Positions 1-10,080 are shown, counted from the first letter of the stretch. The stretch: DNA of 39,590 bases from Nitrososphaeria archaeon (GCA_029776125.1 JARVJS010000006.1:1-39590), one strand, 5' to 3'. Notes: generated by a model from the sequence alone, not told the origin. Made by a program: numbers and translations.

Positions 1-1188
1 ATTAAAGAAACTTTGGTCAGAGCAATTACAGACTGTGGTGTGGAGGTTTACGATCTTGGTTTAGTTCCTACGCCTGTTCAGTATTTTTCCCTGTTTACGC
101 TTCCTGTGGAAGGCGGGATGATGATAACCGCAAGCCACAATCCACCTGAATACAATGGTTTTAAACTGAGCATTGGTAAGGAAACAATTTTTGGTGAGGA
201 CATACAGAAAATAAGAAACATTATTGAAAACAAAACATTTGTAGCTTTGATGAAAAAGGAAAGGGCAATTAAATGCAATATGCGTAACTATTACATAGAT
301 TACATGGTAAATGCTTTTCCTTCACTTAAAGGGTTAAAAGTAGTGGTTGACTCGGGAAATGGCGTGGCAGGAGTGGTTGCTCCCGAGATAATGAAAAAAC
401 TTGGCGCAGAGGTAATAGAACTTTTCAGTAAACCTGATGGAACCTTTCCTAATCATCATCCTGACCCTGTTGTTCCTGAAAACATGAAAGTAATGATTGA
501 AACAGTGAGAAAAACAAAGGCACACGTAGGCATTGGTTACGATGGGGATGGTGACAGACTTGGCGTTGTTGATGAGAATGGAGAGATGATTTGGGGAGAC
601 AAGCTGATGATTATATTTGCAAAGGATGTTTTAAAAGAAAATCCTGGTGCAAAAATTATTGGTGAGGTTAAGTGTTCAGATGTAATGTATAGAGAAATAG
701 AAAGATTGGGCGGAAAACCAATAATGTGGAAAACGGGACATTCACTTATAAAGAGAAAAATGAAGGAAGAAGAAGCCTTACTTGCAGGAGAGATGAGCGG
801 GCACATGTTTTTTAAGGATAGATACTTTGGTTATGACGATGCTATTTATGCTTCCTTGAGATTACTTGAAATACTGAAAAATTCAGGAGAGCCCTACAGC
901 ATAGGCAAACTACTTAATGGTGTAAATTTCATGTGTACCACACCTGAAATAAGAATAGATTGCCCTGAAGAAGAAAAAGAAACAGTAATTGAACGTGCTA
1001 AAGAATGTTTTAAAAATTATGCCTGCTGTTTCATAGATGGTGTAAGAGTAAGTTTTGACAAAGGTTGGGCATTGATAAGACCGTCTAATACTCAACCTGT
1101 GCTGGTTGCAAGAATAGAAGCGGAGACAGAAAAACAGCTTAACGAAATAAAACAGATATTTCAGAAAGAACTTTCATTAAATTTTTAA
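1..1188 (+). CDS. phosphomannomutase/phosphoglucomutase, 5'-truncated by the window edge
   Basis: TASHNP phosphoserine motif, DGDGDR metal loop, GEMSGH sugar-binding loop and RPSNTQP. The frame is open from base 1. Confidence 0.93.
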   Translation: MKETLVRAITDCGVEVYDLGLVPTPVQYFSLFTLPVEGGMMITASHNPPEYNGFKLSIGKETIFGEDIQKIRNIIENKTFVALMKKERAIKCNMRNYYIDYMVNAFPSLKGLKVVVDSGNGVAGVVAPEIMKKLGAEVIELFSKPDGTFPNHHPDPVVPENMKVMIETVRKTKAHVGIGYDGDGDRLGVVDENGEMIWGDKLMIIFAKDVLKENPGAKIIGEVKCSDVMYREIERLGGKPIMWKTGHSLIKRKMKEEEALLAGEMSGHMFFKDRYFGYDDAIYASLRLLEILKNSGEPYSIGKLLNGVNFMCTTPEIRIDCPEEEKETVIERAKECFKNYACCFIDGVRVSFDKGWALIRPSNTQPVLVARIEAETEKQLNEIKQIFQKELSLNF

Positions 1189-1224
1189 GGATGCAAAAGA
1201 TTGAAAAGACTAATTTTAACTAAA

Positions 1225-1255
1225 TTTTGATACATCCATGTACCCTATATATAGG
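1225..1255 (+). promoter_or_regulatory. 31-bp recurrent operon-head motif, copy 1
   Basis: TTTTGATACATCCATGTACCCTATATATAGG, immediately followed by ATG at 1256. Confidence 0.75.
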
Positions 1256-1738
1256 ATGACATGGATTTCTCATAAGGCACTAACATTTTCTATACTGTTT
1301 GTTACAACAAACAACTTATGGTTTTCTTTGGTTGCAACAGTGGGAGCAATACTTCCCGATTTTCTTGAGGGAACAGGTTTTTTGTCTCTTAACCCATACA
1401 CTCAGTATAGGTGGAAGCAGAACCACAGAAAGATAACTCATTGGATATTTCCATATTTATTTTTGCTTTTGATAGCATGGATAATGTTTAAAGGAAATCC
1501 TTTTACCTTTAAGCCTGATTTTCAGTTTGCCCTTAATAATCGCTTGATTTTTTGGATTCTTTTCTCTGTTTGTGTAGGGGCTATATTTCATATACTGCAG
1601 GATGCTATCTCAGGAAAGGTTCCTTTACTTAATCCTAAAAGAAAAGATTTTGGTGTAAGGCTTATTCCTACAAAATCCACTATTGAATATATTTTCACAA
1701 TAGCTATAATATTAATAATTTTCATGATGAGGTATTAA
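1256..1738 (+). CDS. YdjM-family membrane-bound metal-dependent hydrolase
   Basis: MTWxSH start, GAILPD, HRKITH and HILQD motifs, plus hydrophobic segments. Start taken at the ATG right after the 31-bp motif. Confidence 0.8.
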   Translation: MTWISHKALTFSILFVTTNNLWFSLVATVGAILPDFLEGTGFLSLNPYTQYRWKQNHRKITHWIFPYLFLLLIAWIMFKGNPFTFKPDFQFALNNRLIFWILFSVCVGAIFHILQDAISGKVPLLNPKRKDFGVRLIPTKSTIEYIFTIAIILIIFMMRY

Positions 1739-1740
1739 AA

Positions 1741-2349
1741 ATGGAAAATAAACTGGACATCAAAGAATTACTTGCTTTAATAATTTACAAAAATGATTAC
1801 ATTTACCCTTTACTAAAAGATACTGTTCAATGCGTTATTCTTGACATTATTTTTTCACGAACTATACTTGAGGGGAAACCTTCTGTGAAAATAAGCTATC
1901 AGGATTTAGCACTTCTCGCAGGTTGTTCTGTAGGAACAGTAAAGTCTGCCTTGAAGGATTTAATACTGTCTAGTTTAATAAAAATTGTAGGAAACCATCG
2001 CAGTAGAATAGCAAACGAATACGCTGTTAACCTAAAAATACCTGAAAACTTGAAACAATTTATGCCACTGCAGAGATTACCTTATAAAACAGTAAGCCAA
2101 ATTATATCAGGAAATAATAGAAAACCTGTTTTACAGTTAACTGCTGAAGGAATGGCAATAGTTAACTCTATTAAAGCAAGTATGAGTCCTCATGAAAGGG
2201 CTTTATATGAGAAAAAAGCAGTAGATGAACTAATAATTGAAAATGTTGAAATAAATGATGAATCAATAGACAGAAAAATTACTGAAATAATAATTAGAGG
2301 GTTTAGCAGTGAAAAACGAAAAAAATATCTTGTCTCAGTTGAGCAATAA
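1741..2349 (+). CDS. winged helix-turn-helix protein (resembles a replication-initiator N-terminal HTH)
   Basis: ISYQDLALLAGCSVGTVKSALKDL HTH followed by a wing ending in NEY. Confidence 0.6.
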   Translation: MENKLDIKELLALIIYKNDYIYPLLKDTVQCVILDIIFSRTILEGKPSVKISYQDLALLAGCSVGTVKSALKDLILSSLIKIVGNHRSRIANEYAVNLKIPENLKQFMPLQRLPYKTVSQIISGNNRKPVLQLTAEGMAIVNSIKASMSPHERALYEKKAVDELIIENVEINDESIDRKITEIIIRGFSSEKRKKYLVSVEQ

Positions 2350-2866
2350 AATACTTGCTACGCTTTTTGTTTCAGATAGAGAAGTTTATTTGTCTGAGCT
2401 AGCAAATAAGTTTAATACAACTGAACAAGAAATTAAACTGTGTGTTTATGAAATAGCAAATTATTTAGAACCATCGTCCTTAAAATTGTCAATAACAGAA
2501 AAGTCTGTTATGCTTACAGTTGAGAAAGAATATTTAGAGTATGTTCCTAAAGAAATCGTTTTTCAAACACAACTGTCAGAGCAAGCACTGGAGACTCTTG
2601 CAGTTATTATTTACAAACAACCCTGTACAAAACAGGAAATAGAGCAAATAAGAGGAGTAGACTGCGAAAAGACAATTCAAACTTTACTTAACACAGGATT
2701 AATAAAAAAGATAGCAACAATTTCTCAAACAGGCAATCCCGTGCTTTACAGTGTTACGGAGAAATGCGTACACGCTTTTGGTTTTAAGTCCTATGAGGAT
2801 ATGCTTCAATGGATTAAAACAAAAGTAGAACAGAAAGAAGAACTATCTACAGTACGAGAATTATAA
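2309..2866 (+). CDS. scpB: ScpB-family (KITE) SMC accessory subunit
   Basis: LSEQALETLAVIIYKQPCTKQEIEQIRGV...G.P.LY..T signature. Confidence 0.88.
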   Translation: MKNEKNILSQLSNKILATLFVSDREVYLSELANKFNTTEQEIKLCVYEIANYLEPSSLKLSITEKSVMLTVEKEYLEYVPKEIVFQTQLSEQALETLAVIIYKQPCTKQEIEQIRGVDCEKTIQTLLNTGLIKKIATISQTGNPVLYSVTEKCVHAFGFKSYEDMLQWIKTKVEQKEELSTVREL

Positions 2867-2895
2867 CTTTCCCCCTTTTTTATGAATATTTCAAT

Positions 2896-2925
2896 TTGAC
2901 AAAACTGTTTTGTTTTTGTTATAAT
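2896..2925 (+). promoter_or_regulatory. sigma70-type promoter for sbcD-sbcC
   Basis: TTGACA-N18-TATAAT with a TG extension, 35 bp upstream of the ATG at 2961. Confidence 0.75.
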
Positions 2926-2960
2926 ATAATTATAACAAACAAGACAAAAGGAGCATTTCT

Positions 2961-4598
2961 ATGGAAATTAAAAATGCAATTAAAAACCTTTCTGATGCTC
3001 ACTTTTCGGTCATTTTGGCAAACTTTAACATTGGAAAACTCATACATGACGCATCGGTTATTAATAATGTCTCTCACGACGAAGTAATAAGAAAACTAAG
3101 TGAACATAATTTTTCTGTTAATTATCTTTACAACTGTTACAGAGCATATCAAAAGTTTAAGACTGAAAAGTTTCTTAAGAGTTTGAGAGCCTCTTTTGAA
3201 GGGTTGCTTACTTGGGGATTTATTGTAAACAACATACTTGAAGCACCAGAGGGAGACACACCTGAAGCAATTGCTTACTGGGAAGACAAATTAAGAAGTG
3301 CAGAGAAAATTCTTTATACTATTGAATACAATGTAGTTAAAAACTTTCATGCACTTCCTGAAGCAGTTAAATCTCAGATAGAAGGTTTACTTATTAGCCT
3401 TGGATATGAACTTCCAAATGGCAAAGAAAAGGAAAAAATTAAAATTGCTCACATAGCAGACATTCACATATCTGAAAAACTTACTACTGCAGGGAAGATC
3501 GTAATCAATCCTACTACAGGTCGCAATCGTAGACTTGATGACATACAAAGGTGCTTAACCTATGCAGTAGATAAAGCAATAGAGCAACAGTGTGACCTTG
3601 CACTTATAACAGAGCCCTTTGATAGATACAATCCTACCCCAAATGAAATAGACGTATTCGTAAACGAAGTGCTAAGACTTGCAGAACACATGCCTGTAGT
3701 CATTGAGCCAGGCAATCATGGAATGGATAGAAACCGCATGAACGCATCAGTATTCGTTTTTCTTAAAGGATATAACAATATTTTCGTAGCCGATGAGCCT
3801 ACTACATTTTATTACGATGGCAAGGTGTTAACTACAGAACCAACTATGCGGTTTGGTAAAAAAGGTTCCTGTTTTGTCCATGTCCTTCCTTATCCAGTTA
3901 AATATGGAAACGATGGTGATCCTGCAGAGGCAATGAAAGAACACATAGAAAGGTTTAAAAAGATAAAATCAGAAAATGCTTTATCTGTTTTACTTGCTCA
4001 CACAACAGTCGCAGGCTCAGAGGGAGCAGACTATGTTAAGTTTCTTTCAAGAGAACCTGTGCTTAAAATAGAAGATTTAAGTGGTTTTGACTATGTAGCT
4101 CTTGGGCACATTCATAGATTTCAAAAACTTTCAGACCGCATATACTATGCAGGAAACATTGAAAGAATAGATTTTGATGAAGAAGGACAATCTAAAGGTT
4201 TCATTATTGCAACCCTTGATACAGAAACTAAAGACCTTACTGTAGATTTCATTGAAACTCCTGCAACAGAGATGAAAACTGTTTCAGTGGATATGTTTAA
4301 AGAGATAGATTGGGAGCAAAGGATAAACAGTAATGTTCTTTATCGTGTAGTGGGTGTTGTAAATTCGGAGTCAAAGGTAGAACTCAAAGAAAGTGTTACA
4401 AAATTTCAGGAAAAAGCACCTCTTCTTTTAAAAGTGCAGGTAATAAGTAAGGAAAAACAAAATATACTTGCTCAAAGAATAACAGATAGCATTCAAGATG
4501 AGGAAGCATTGATTGAGTTTCTCAAAGCTAAAGAAATTCCTGAAAATTTTATTCCTGAAATAGTTGAGTATCACAAAAACATAAAGCAAAACGCATAA
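2961..4598 (+). CDS. sbcD: SbcD/Mre11-like metallophosphoesterase nuclease with a ~155-aa N-terminal extension
   Basis: HIADIH, PGNH, LLAH, ALGHIH and YAGNIERIDFDE motifs; adjacent to a Rad50-like ATPase. Confidence 0.85.
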   Translation: MEIKNAIKNLSDAHFSVILANFNIGKLIHDASVINNVSHDEVIRKLSEHNFSVNYLYNCYRAYQKFKTEKFLKSLRASFEGLLTWGFIVNNILEAPEGDTPEAIAYWEDKLRSAEKILYTIEYNVVKNFHALPEAVKSQIEGLLISLGYELPNGKEKEKIKIAHIADIHISEKLTTAGKIVINPTTGRNRRLDDIQRCLTYAVDKAIEQQCDLALITEPFDRYNPTPNEIDVFVNEVLRLAEHMPVVIEPGNHGMDRNRMNASVFVFLKGYNNIFVADEPTTFYYDGKVLTTEPTMRFGKKGSCFVHVLPYPVKYGNDGDPAEAMKEHIERFKKIKSENALSVLLAHTTVAGSEGADYVKFLSREPVLKIEDLSGFDYVALGHIHRFQKLSDRIYYAGNIERIDFDEEGQSKGFIIATLDTETKDLTVDFIETPATEMKTVSVDMFKEIDWEQRINSNVLYRVVGVVNSESKVELKESVTKFQEKAPLLLKVQVISKEKQNILAQRITDSIQDEEALIEFLKAKEIPENFIPEIVEYHKNIKQNA

Positions 4599-4609
4599 AG
4601 GAGATAGGA

Positions 4610-6796
4610 ATGATTCCTATAAAGTTACAGCTAATTAACTTTTTGTCCCATAAAAATACAGAGATTGATTTTACCAATCTTAATGCAATTTGCCTATATG
4701 GTGAAAATGGTGCAGGTAAAACTTCTATTCTCGATGGAATGCTTTACGCTTTGTACAGTTACACTTCTCGTGGCAGAGATGACTCTCTTATCAAACTTGG
4801 TGAAAGAAAAATGCGGGTTGAATTTCTATTTGAAATGGAAGGCACACTTTACAAAGTTATTAAGGAAAAAGAAATAGGCAAAACTAAAAATACTTCTCTA
4901 TACATGGTTACCCCTGATGAAGAAGTGCTTGTTGCAACAGGTGAAAGGGTAGATGAATACATAGAAAGCCTACTTGGTATGAATTACGATACCTTTACCT
5001 CTACCTTTTTTTTGCTTCAGGATAATGCATACAGATTTATACTTGCTACACCCACAGAAAGATACAAAATTCTCTTTGACATACTTGGTTTAGAAGTGTA
5101 TCAAGAATACAGAAAAGTAGCCTCTTACTCAAAGAGAGAAGCAGAAGGAAAGGTTACATTTTTTAGTCAACAGATTGCAGATAGGGTAAAGATTGTAGAA
5201 GGTAAGGATAGTCTTGTTAAGAGTTTACAAAACGTAGAGCAGGAACTTTCACGAATTGCATCGATTCGTATAGAGTCGGAAAAACATTACATAGACAAAG
5301 AAAAAGACCTCTCAACTATATTAGCCCGAATTAAAGAGATACAAAAAATAACTTCAACAGACATAGAAAAGGAGATCCTTAACTCTCAGAAAAAAATAGC
5401 ACAGTATCAGGCTACTGTTCGGATGAAACCACAGGTTGAGGAAGCATTGAAGCAAAAAGCAGAGTTAAATCAGAAACTTACGAATCTGTTTGAATCGGAA
5501 CGAATCGTAATGAAGGAATATGATGAGGCTAAGGCAAAGTATAACGAAGTAGTAGAAAGAGAAAATAAGGTAAAAATACAGATAGAACAGATAGAAAGTA
5601 AAATTCGTGAGTATTCGATACGAATCGAACAGAGTAAAAAAACAGTAGCAGATTACGAAAAAGTGGCAAATCTACTCAATCAGGTTCCTTGCGGTGGAGT
5701 AGGACAGTATGCTACTTGTAGGCTTATTGCGAATGCTGTAGAGTCAAAAGAGAAAATTCCACAGGTGCAGAATACTATAAAGCAGTATGAGGAAGAAATA
5801 AAAAAATTTGAACAAGAAAAGAAATCTCTCACTCAAATACTTCAAAAAATAGCAAAGGAAAAGGAACAAGTAATACAGTATGGAAAATCTGTATCTCAGA
5901 AGGTAAAAGAACTTCAAGCACAAAAAGATGCTTTAACAAAACAGATAGAGGAAGTAGAAAAACTCTGTAGTATGCAGTCCGCAGTAGCCTCTGCGGAAAA
6001 GGCATTAGAGATGGAACAGGAAAGGCTTAAGCAACTTGAACAGGAAAAGGAAAAACTTGCACAAACAAAACAAGAGGAACAAATTCTTGCAAAGTTGTAT
6101 AAAGAAACTCTCATTCAAGTTGAAACACTAAAAAAACAAGTAACAGAGTTAAAGAATAGTGAAACTGAATTAATCAGACAAAAATCTCAGATAGAAAGTC
6201 AGATAGAACTCTGCAATAAAGCAGAACTGGAACTTAAGGAACTACAGATTCAACTTGATAAGGCGAAAAAGAATGCTTACATTTACTCAGTGCTTGATGA
6301 AGCATACGAAAAGATACCCAAAATTATGTTTACAAATTACATAGTTGCACTTGAAAGTAAAGTAAATGAAATACTAAACAGAATTTCAAACACGGGTATG
6401 CAAGTAGAACTTGTAACTGAAAGGCAGACTAAAACAACTAAAACTGTAAAAAACACTCTTGACATAATTGTTTCAGACATCATTGGTGAAAGACGCATAG
6501 AAAACTTCTCAGGTGGTGAAAAGACAAGACTCACACTTGCATTCACAGTTGCCCTAAGTGAACTTGCAAGCAAAAAGGCAGGACACAGAATACTCACGCT
6601 TGCTATTGATGAACCACCTGGACTTGATATGCAGGGTTTTAAGGATTTTGCATCAACCATAAATCAGTTGATTCAAGAAGGAATGTTTGCAAAGTGCTTT
6701 GTAATATCGCACAGTGGTGAACTTATTGATGAGTTTGAACAGAAAATAAAAGTGCAGAAACTAAATGGAAGCAGTGAGGTTATGGTTGAGGTGTGA
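4610..6796 (+). CDS. sbcC: SbcC/Rad50-like SMC ATPase
   Basis: NFLSH, Walker A GENGAGKT, Q-loop, long coiled coil, FSGGE signature, IDEP Walker B and ISH. Confidence 0.9.
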   Translation: MIPIKLQLINFLSHKNTEIDFTNLNAICLYGENGAGKTSILDGMLYALYSYTSRGRDDSLIKLGERKMRVEFLFEMEGTLYKVIKEKEIGKTKNTSLYMVTPDEEVLVATGERVDEYIESLLGMNYDTFTSTFFLLQDNAYRFILATPTERYKILFDILGLEVYQEYRKVASYSKREAEGKVTFFSQQIADRVKIVEGKDSLVKSLQNVEQELSRIASIRIESEKHYIDKEKDLSTILARIKEIQKITSTDIEKEILNSQKKIAQYQATVRMKPQVEEALKQKAELNQKLTNLFESERIVMKEYDEAKAKYNEVVERENKVKIQIEQIESKIREYSIRIEQSKKTVADYEKVANLLNQVPCGGVGQYATCRLIANAVESKEKIPQVQNTIKQYEEEIKKFEQEKKSLTQILQKIAKEKEQVIQYGKSVSQKVKELQAQKDALTKQIEEVEKLCSMQSAVASAEKALEMEQERLKQLEQEKEKLAQTKQEEQILAKLYKETLIQVETLKKQVTELKNSETELIRQKSQIESQIELCNKAELELKELQIQLDKAKKNAYIYSVLDEAYEKIPKIMFTNYIVALESKVNEILNRISNTGMQVELVTERQTKTTKTVKNTLDIIVSDIIGERRIENFSGGEKTRLTLAFTVALSELASKKAGHRILTLAIDEPPGLDMQGFKDFASTINQLIQEGMFAKCFVISHSGELIDEFEQKIKVQKLNGSSEVMVEV

Positions 6797-6801
6797 ATTG
6801 A

Positions 6802-6832
6802 TTTTGATACATTCGGGTACCCTATATGTAGA
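6802..6832 (+). promoter_or_regulatory. 31-bp recurrent operon-head motif, copy 2 (upstream of the type IV cas operon)
   Basis: TTTTGATACATTCGGGTACCCTATATGTAGA. Confidence 0.75.
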
Positions 6833-6885
6833 GATGCATTAATATATATAGAGAACAAAGTAAAAACAAAAAAGGAGGAAAAACT

Positions 6886-7941
6886 ATGAAGTCAGTAGTA
6901 TTTGAAGGAACAATTAAAACTGTATCACCATTGTTAGTTATGTTGCCTGAACCCAAAGGAGCACCAAGAAGTGCGGATAAGTCACCAAAGCATCCAAAAG
7001 CACCTGTTGTAGTAGGAGACATGGTAGTAGAAGTCCCTGTAATTCCGGGGAACACTATAAGGGGTGCTTTAAGAAGACAACTTGCTTTTAGTATTCTTTC
7101 AAAATTTAAAGACCTTGACTATTTAACCATTACCTTTCTTACTTGTGGTGGAGTAATAGACCCAAAAGAGGAAGACAAGGTTAGTCTTAAGCCAAATGAA
7201 GTATTTGAGTATGTCAAAGCAATTAAAGATAAAAACGTTGTTGCAAGTCTTTTCGGGGGATCTTTGCCAATAATAAAGATGATAAAAAGTAGCCTTATAA
7301 CAGAATTTGCTTGGGCAAAAGTAGGAGAAATTTATGATGGCTATCCTTATGTAGATGACATTATGCTGAAAAATATTACGTTTGCTAAGTTAGATGAAAC
7401 ATTAAGAAATTATGACATTTACAGTCTCCTTTCAGAAGAAGGCAAAGCAGAACTTGAAAAAAGATTTCAGAGCAAGAAAGAGAGAGTTGAATCAGGAGAA
7501 GAAAAAGGTAATGGTAAAAAACAAACAGGAGCAGAAACCGCAAACATTATTGGGTCTCTTGGTGATGCAGTAGCACCTAATGTTGAGTTTCAACACAGAA
7601 TAGAACTAACAGAGCCAACAGAAAGAAACTTAGGTGGTTTACTTTATGCTTTAAAAATGTTTGCCGAAAATGATGCTACTTTAGGAGGACATGTAAGGTT
7701 TGGTTTTGGAAAAGTTTATTGCGAATACAAAGTTTATGAAATAGAAGGAAAAGAAAAAAAAGAAATTGGAGATATTGCTGGTGGATGGGCACGCTTTGAG
7801 AATGAAGGTTTTGCTAGATTTTGTGAAATTAGTCCATCTTTAAAACCTTATTTGGCTACTTTTCAAGATTATTTTAGCAACTTAGAGAAAAAAGATATTA
7901 TTGTTGTTATTCCACAGGGGAAAAAGTCAAAAGGAGAATAG
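6886..7941 (+). CDS. csf2: type IV CRISPR backbone protein Csf2 (Cas7)
   Basis: VPVIPGNTIRGALRR, LTCGG, SLFGG and a RAMP G-loop LGGHVRFGFG; GGAGG RBS. Confidence 0.88.
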   Translation: MKSVVFEGTIKTVSPLLVMLPEPKGAPRSADKSPKHPKAPVVVGDMVVEVPVIPGNTIRGALRRQLAFSILSKFKDLDYLTITFLTCGGVIDPKEEDKVSLKPNEVFEYVKAIKDKNVVASLFGGSLPIIKMIKSSLITEFAWAKVGEIYDGYPYVDDIMLKNITFAKLDETLRNYDIYSLLSEEGKAELEKRFQSKKERVESGEEKGNGKKQTGAETANIIGSLGDAVAPNVEFQHRIELTEPTERNLGGLLYALKMFAENDATLGGHVRFGFGKVYCEYKVYEIEGKEKKEIGDIAGGWARFENEGFARFCEISPSLKPYLATFQDYFSNLEKKDIIVVIPQGKKSKGE

Positions 7942-7942
7942 C

Positions 7943-8614
7943 ATGAGATTTGAGGTAAGCTTTGTAAACAAACAAAAAGCAGGGCTTGTTGTTTTAAATA
8001 CTAATACTCCTTTTGATGGAATACTATCTTATTTTGCTTATTTAAGAAATAAGGAAAAGTATTCTGAACAGGAAGCGGTGAGACTATCTCAAGAGGAACT
8101 TCCTTTAAAGAAGTATATTTTTGAAGGAGATTTCTTTTATTTTGCAGGTATGCCTGATATATTCACAACTACTCCTGTTAAAGATTACATGTTTGGTTTT
8201 ACTAACAAAATCTCTAATCCACAAACATACGAAAAAATGGGAAGCGATTTTGTAAAAAAACTGTTTTCAGTAAAAAAACTTGAACAGGGTAGTGGTGGGA
8301 CTGGTCCATACAAATGCTGGCTTGTTACAGTAAAAGCGACTTATTTTAACAAAATATCTTATGTTGTTGAAGTGGAAAATGAAAGAGTAGATGAATTTAT
8401 TTCTCTTGTAAAGAACATTAACGCAATTGGCAAATATACAAGGTTTGGATTTGGTAGGTTTGAAGAATGTGAAATAGTTGAAACAGACAAGCCAATAAGA
8501 AGATATATTCCTGTTAATGCAGGAATAAAAACAGAAAAACAGTTCATTATGTCAGCAACAAGACCACCATATTGGGGGAGGGAAACAGTATTATGCGGAA
8601 TGGCAGAGATATAA
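7943..8614 (+). CDS. csf3: type IV CRISPR protein Csf3 (Cas5)
   Basis: PFDGILSY, AIGKYTRFGFG G-loop and C-terminal RPPYW; ATG at 7943 after AGGAG. Confidence 0.85.
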   Translation: MRFEVSFVNKQKAGLVVLNTNTPFDGILSYFAYLRNKEKYSEQEAVRLSQEELPLKKYIFEGDFFYFAGMPDIFTTTPVKDYMFGFTNKISNPQTYEKMGSDFVKKLFSVKKLEQGSGGTGPYKCWLVTVKATYFNKISYVVEVENERVDEFISLVKNINAIGKYTRFGFGRFEECEIVETDKPIRRYIPVNAGIKTEKQFIMSATRPPYWGRETVLCGMAEI

Positions 8615-9339
8615 CTAAGCCTGCTCAGTTGTTTAAAGTAGCAGGATTTGACCTTAAAGTTGACGATAAAAAGAAGCTATATCAAACTGATGAGAGGATT
8701 CTTTGTTGTATTTGCAGGCAAAAAGACGCAGAGGTGTATAAAATTAACGATGTATTTGGTGGTGGATTTACAAGTTTTAACTTATTTAGCCACAGTAAAT
8801 TTATTTGCAAAGATTGTGCAGGTTTGGTTTCTGATTTCTACAGAAAAAGTCTTGGTAAAGTAATAATTTACTTTAATCCTGAGACTTCTGAGGTGTATTA
8901 TTTCAAAAGTAAAGCAGACAAGACAGAATCAGAACAGGGAGAAAGCATACAGTTAGTTTTAAGCGACGAAGAGAAAGAATTTTGGAAAAACTTTTTACTA
9001 AATCCATCTAAAGGATACTTTTTAATTTCAATTCCTGCTCGTCAGAATGCTCATTATGTAATTTTTGCGCCTCTTTGTTATTCAGATGGAAATATTAAGA
9101 CCTATCAGTTCAACTATGGTGAAACAGTAATGAATGTTGAAGTAGAGGAATTAAATCAAATTATAAATTCAGAAGCTCAAATTAAACAATTAAAAGAACT
9201 CTTAAAATCCATCAAAAAAGACAAGGAAAAAAAGATTTCCATAGTAAAGGAATTAAATGAATTATACCACCAATTAAACATTTTAAAAAGTAAAGACACA
9301 TACTTGCTTTATCAAAATTTTAGATTATTCTTCAGTTAA
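8593..9339 (+). CDS. csf1: type IV CRISPR protein Csf1 (Cas8-like, Zn-binding)
   Basis: CCIC...F....ICKDC zinc motif and FLLNP..GYF; located within the csf operon. Confidence 0.78.
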   Translation: MRNGRDITKPAQLFKVAGFDLKVDDKKKLYQTDERILCCICRQKDAEVYKINDVFGGGFTSFNLFSHSKFICKDCAGLVSDFYRKSLGKVIIYFNPETSEVYYFKSKADKTESEQGESIQLVLSDEEKEFWKNFLLNPSKGYFLISIPARQNAHYVIFAPLCYSDGNIKTYQFNYGETVMNVEVEELNQIINSEAQIKQLKELLKSIKKDKEKKISIVKELNELYHQLNILKSKDTYLLYQNFRLFFS

Positions 9340-9351
9340 AGGAGGATACTT

Positions 9352-10080
9352 ATGAAATTTACAATTTCGTTTTATTGTAAAGAACCAATTGATGGAATAA
9401 ACAGTATTATGGCAGTTCAGGGGTGGATATATCGTAATATGGAAAAGGTTAATCCAGAACTTGCTAATTGGCTACACAATGAAGGAATTTTTAAGAATAA
9501 CAAAGTAATGAAACCAATTAATTTTTCACCTGTTTACAAAACGCAAAGAAAAAATATATATGGAATTAAAGTATCTACTTTGGTTACTAAAATTCAGCAC
9601 GCAATTGTAGAAATGTTAAATGATCCTGAACCTCTTGTCCTAAAGGGCAAAAATGAAAGAACCATTTCCTTAAATGTTAGTGAAGTAAAAATGAAGAAAT
9701 TGAGAGATACCAAGGTTTATTTTACTCTATCTCCAATTATCTTTCGTGACAAAGACGGATTTGTAAAACTTGATTTTACTAAAGAAGAAGACATTGAGAA
9801 AGCACGACAAATTATTGAACACAATCTTACATGGAAATATGAATGTATCTATGATGAAGTATGTCCATACAGAGTTTATTACTTTCAACCTAAAAATATG
9901 AAAACTGCCTTTTATACAAATTATAAAATTCAGAGTAAAGACATTAAAATTCCTTTAACAGGTTACACAGGAAATTTCACGCTTATAGCGGATCAATCTC
10001 TTCTGGATATGGCGTACTACTTTGGCATTGGTTATATGACAGGCTCAGGTTTTGGATGTATAGAATCTGAAGTAAAATAA
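9352..10080 (+). CDS. cas6: CRISPR RNA-processing endoribonuclease Cas6 (I-B-like)
   Basis: WLHNEG...NFS, TLSPI and C-terminal GIGYMTGSGFG G-loop; directly precedes the array. Confidence 0.88.
   Translation: MKFTISFYCKEPIDGINSIMAVQGWIYRNMEKVNPELANWLHNEGIFKNNKVMKPINFSPVYKTQRKNIYGIKVSTLVTKIQHAIVEMLNDPEPLVLKGKNERTISLNVSEVKMKKLRDTKVYFTLSPIIFRDKDGFVKLDFTKEEDIEKARQIIEHNLTWKYECIYDEVCPYRVYYFQPKNMKTAFYTNYKIQSKDIKIPLTGYTGNFTLIADQSLLDMAYYFGIGYMTGSGFGCIESEVK

Noticed and set aside
78-1095. Short antisense and alternate-frame ORFs inside long genes throughout the window
   Set aside because: They are shadows of well-supported genes, with no RBS or recognisable motifs.
1189-1224. Element-chromosome junction after the PMM/PGM gene
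   Set aside because: No att site, tRNA or integrase is visible, and the gene could be element-borne.
1741-6796. Calling the cluster Wadjet/MksBEFG
   Set aside because: There is no recognisable kleisin or Toprim JetD, and the ATPase is Rad50-type without an SMC hinge.
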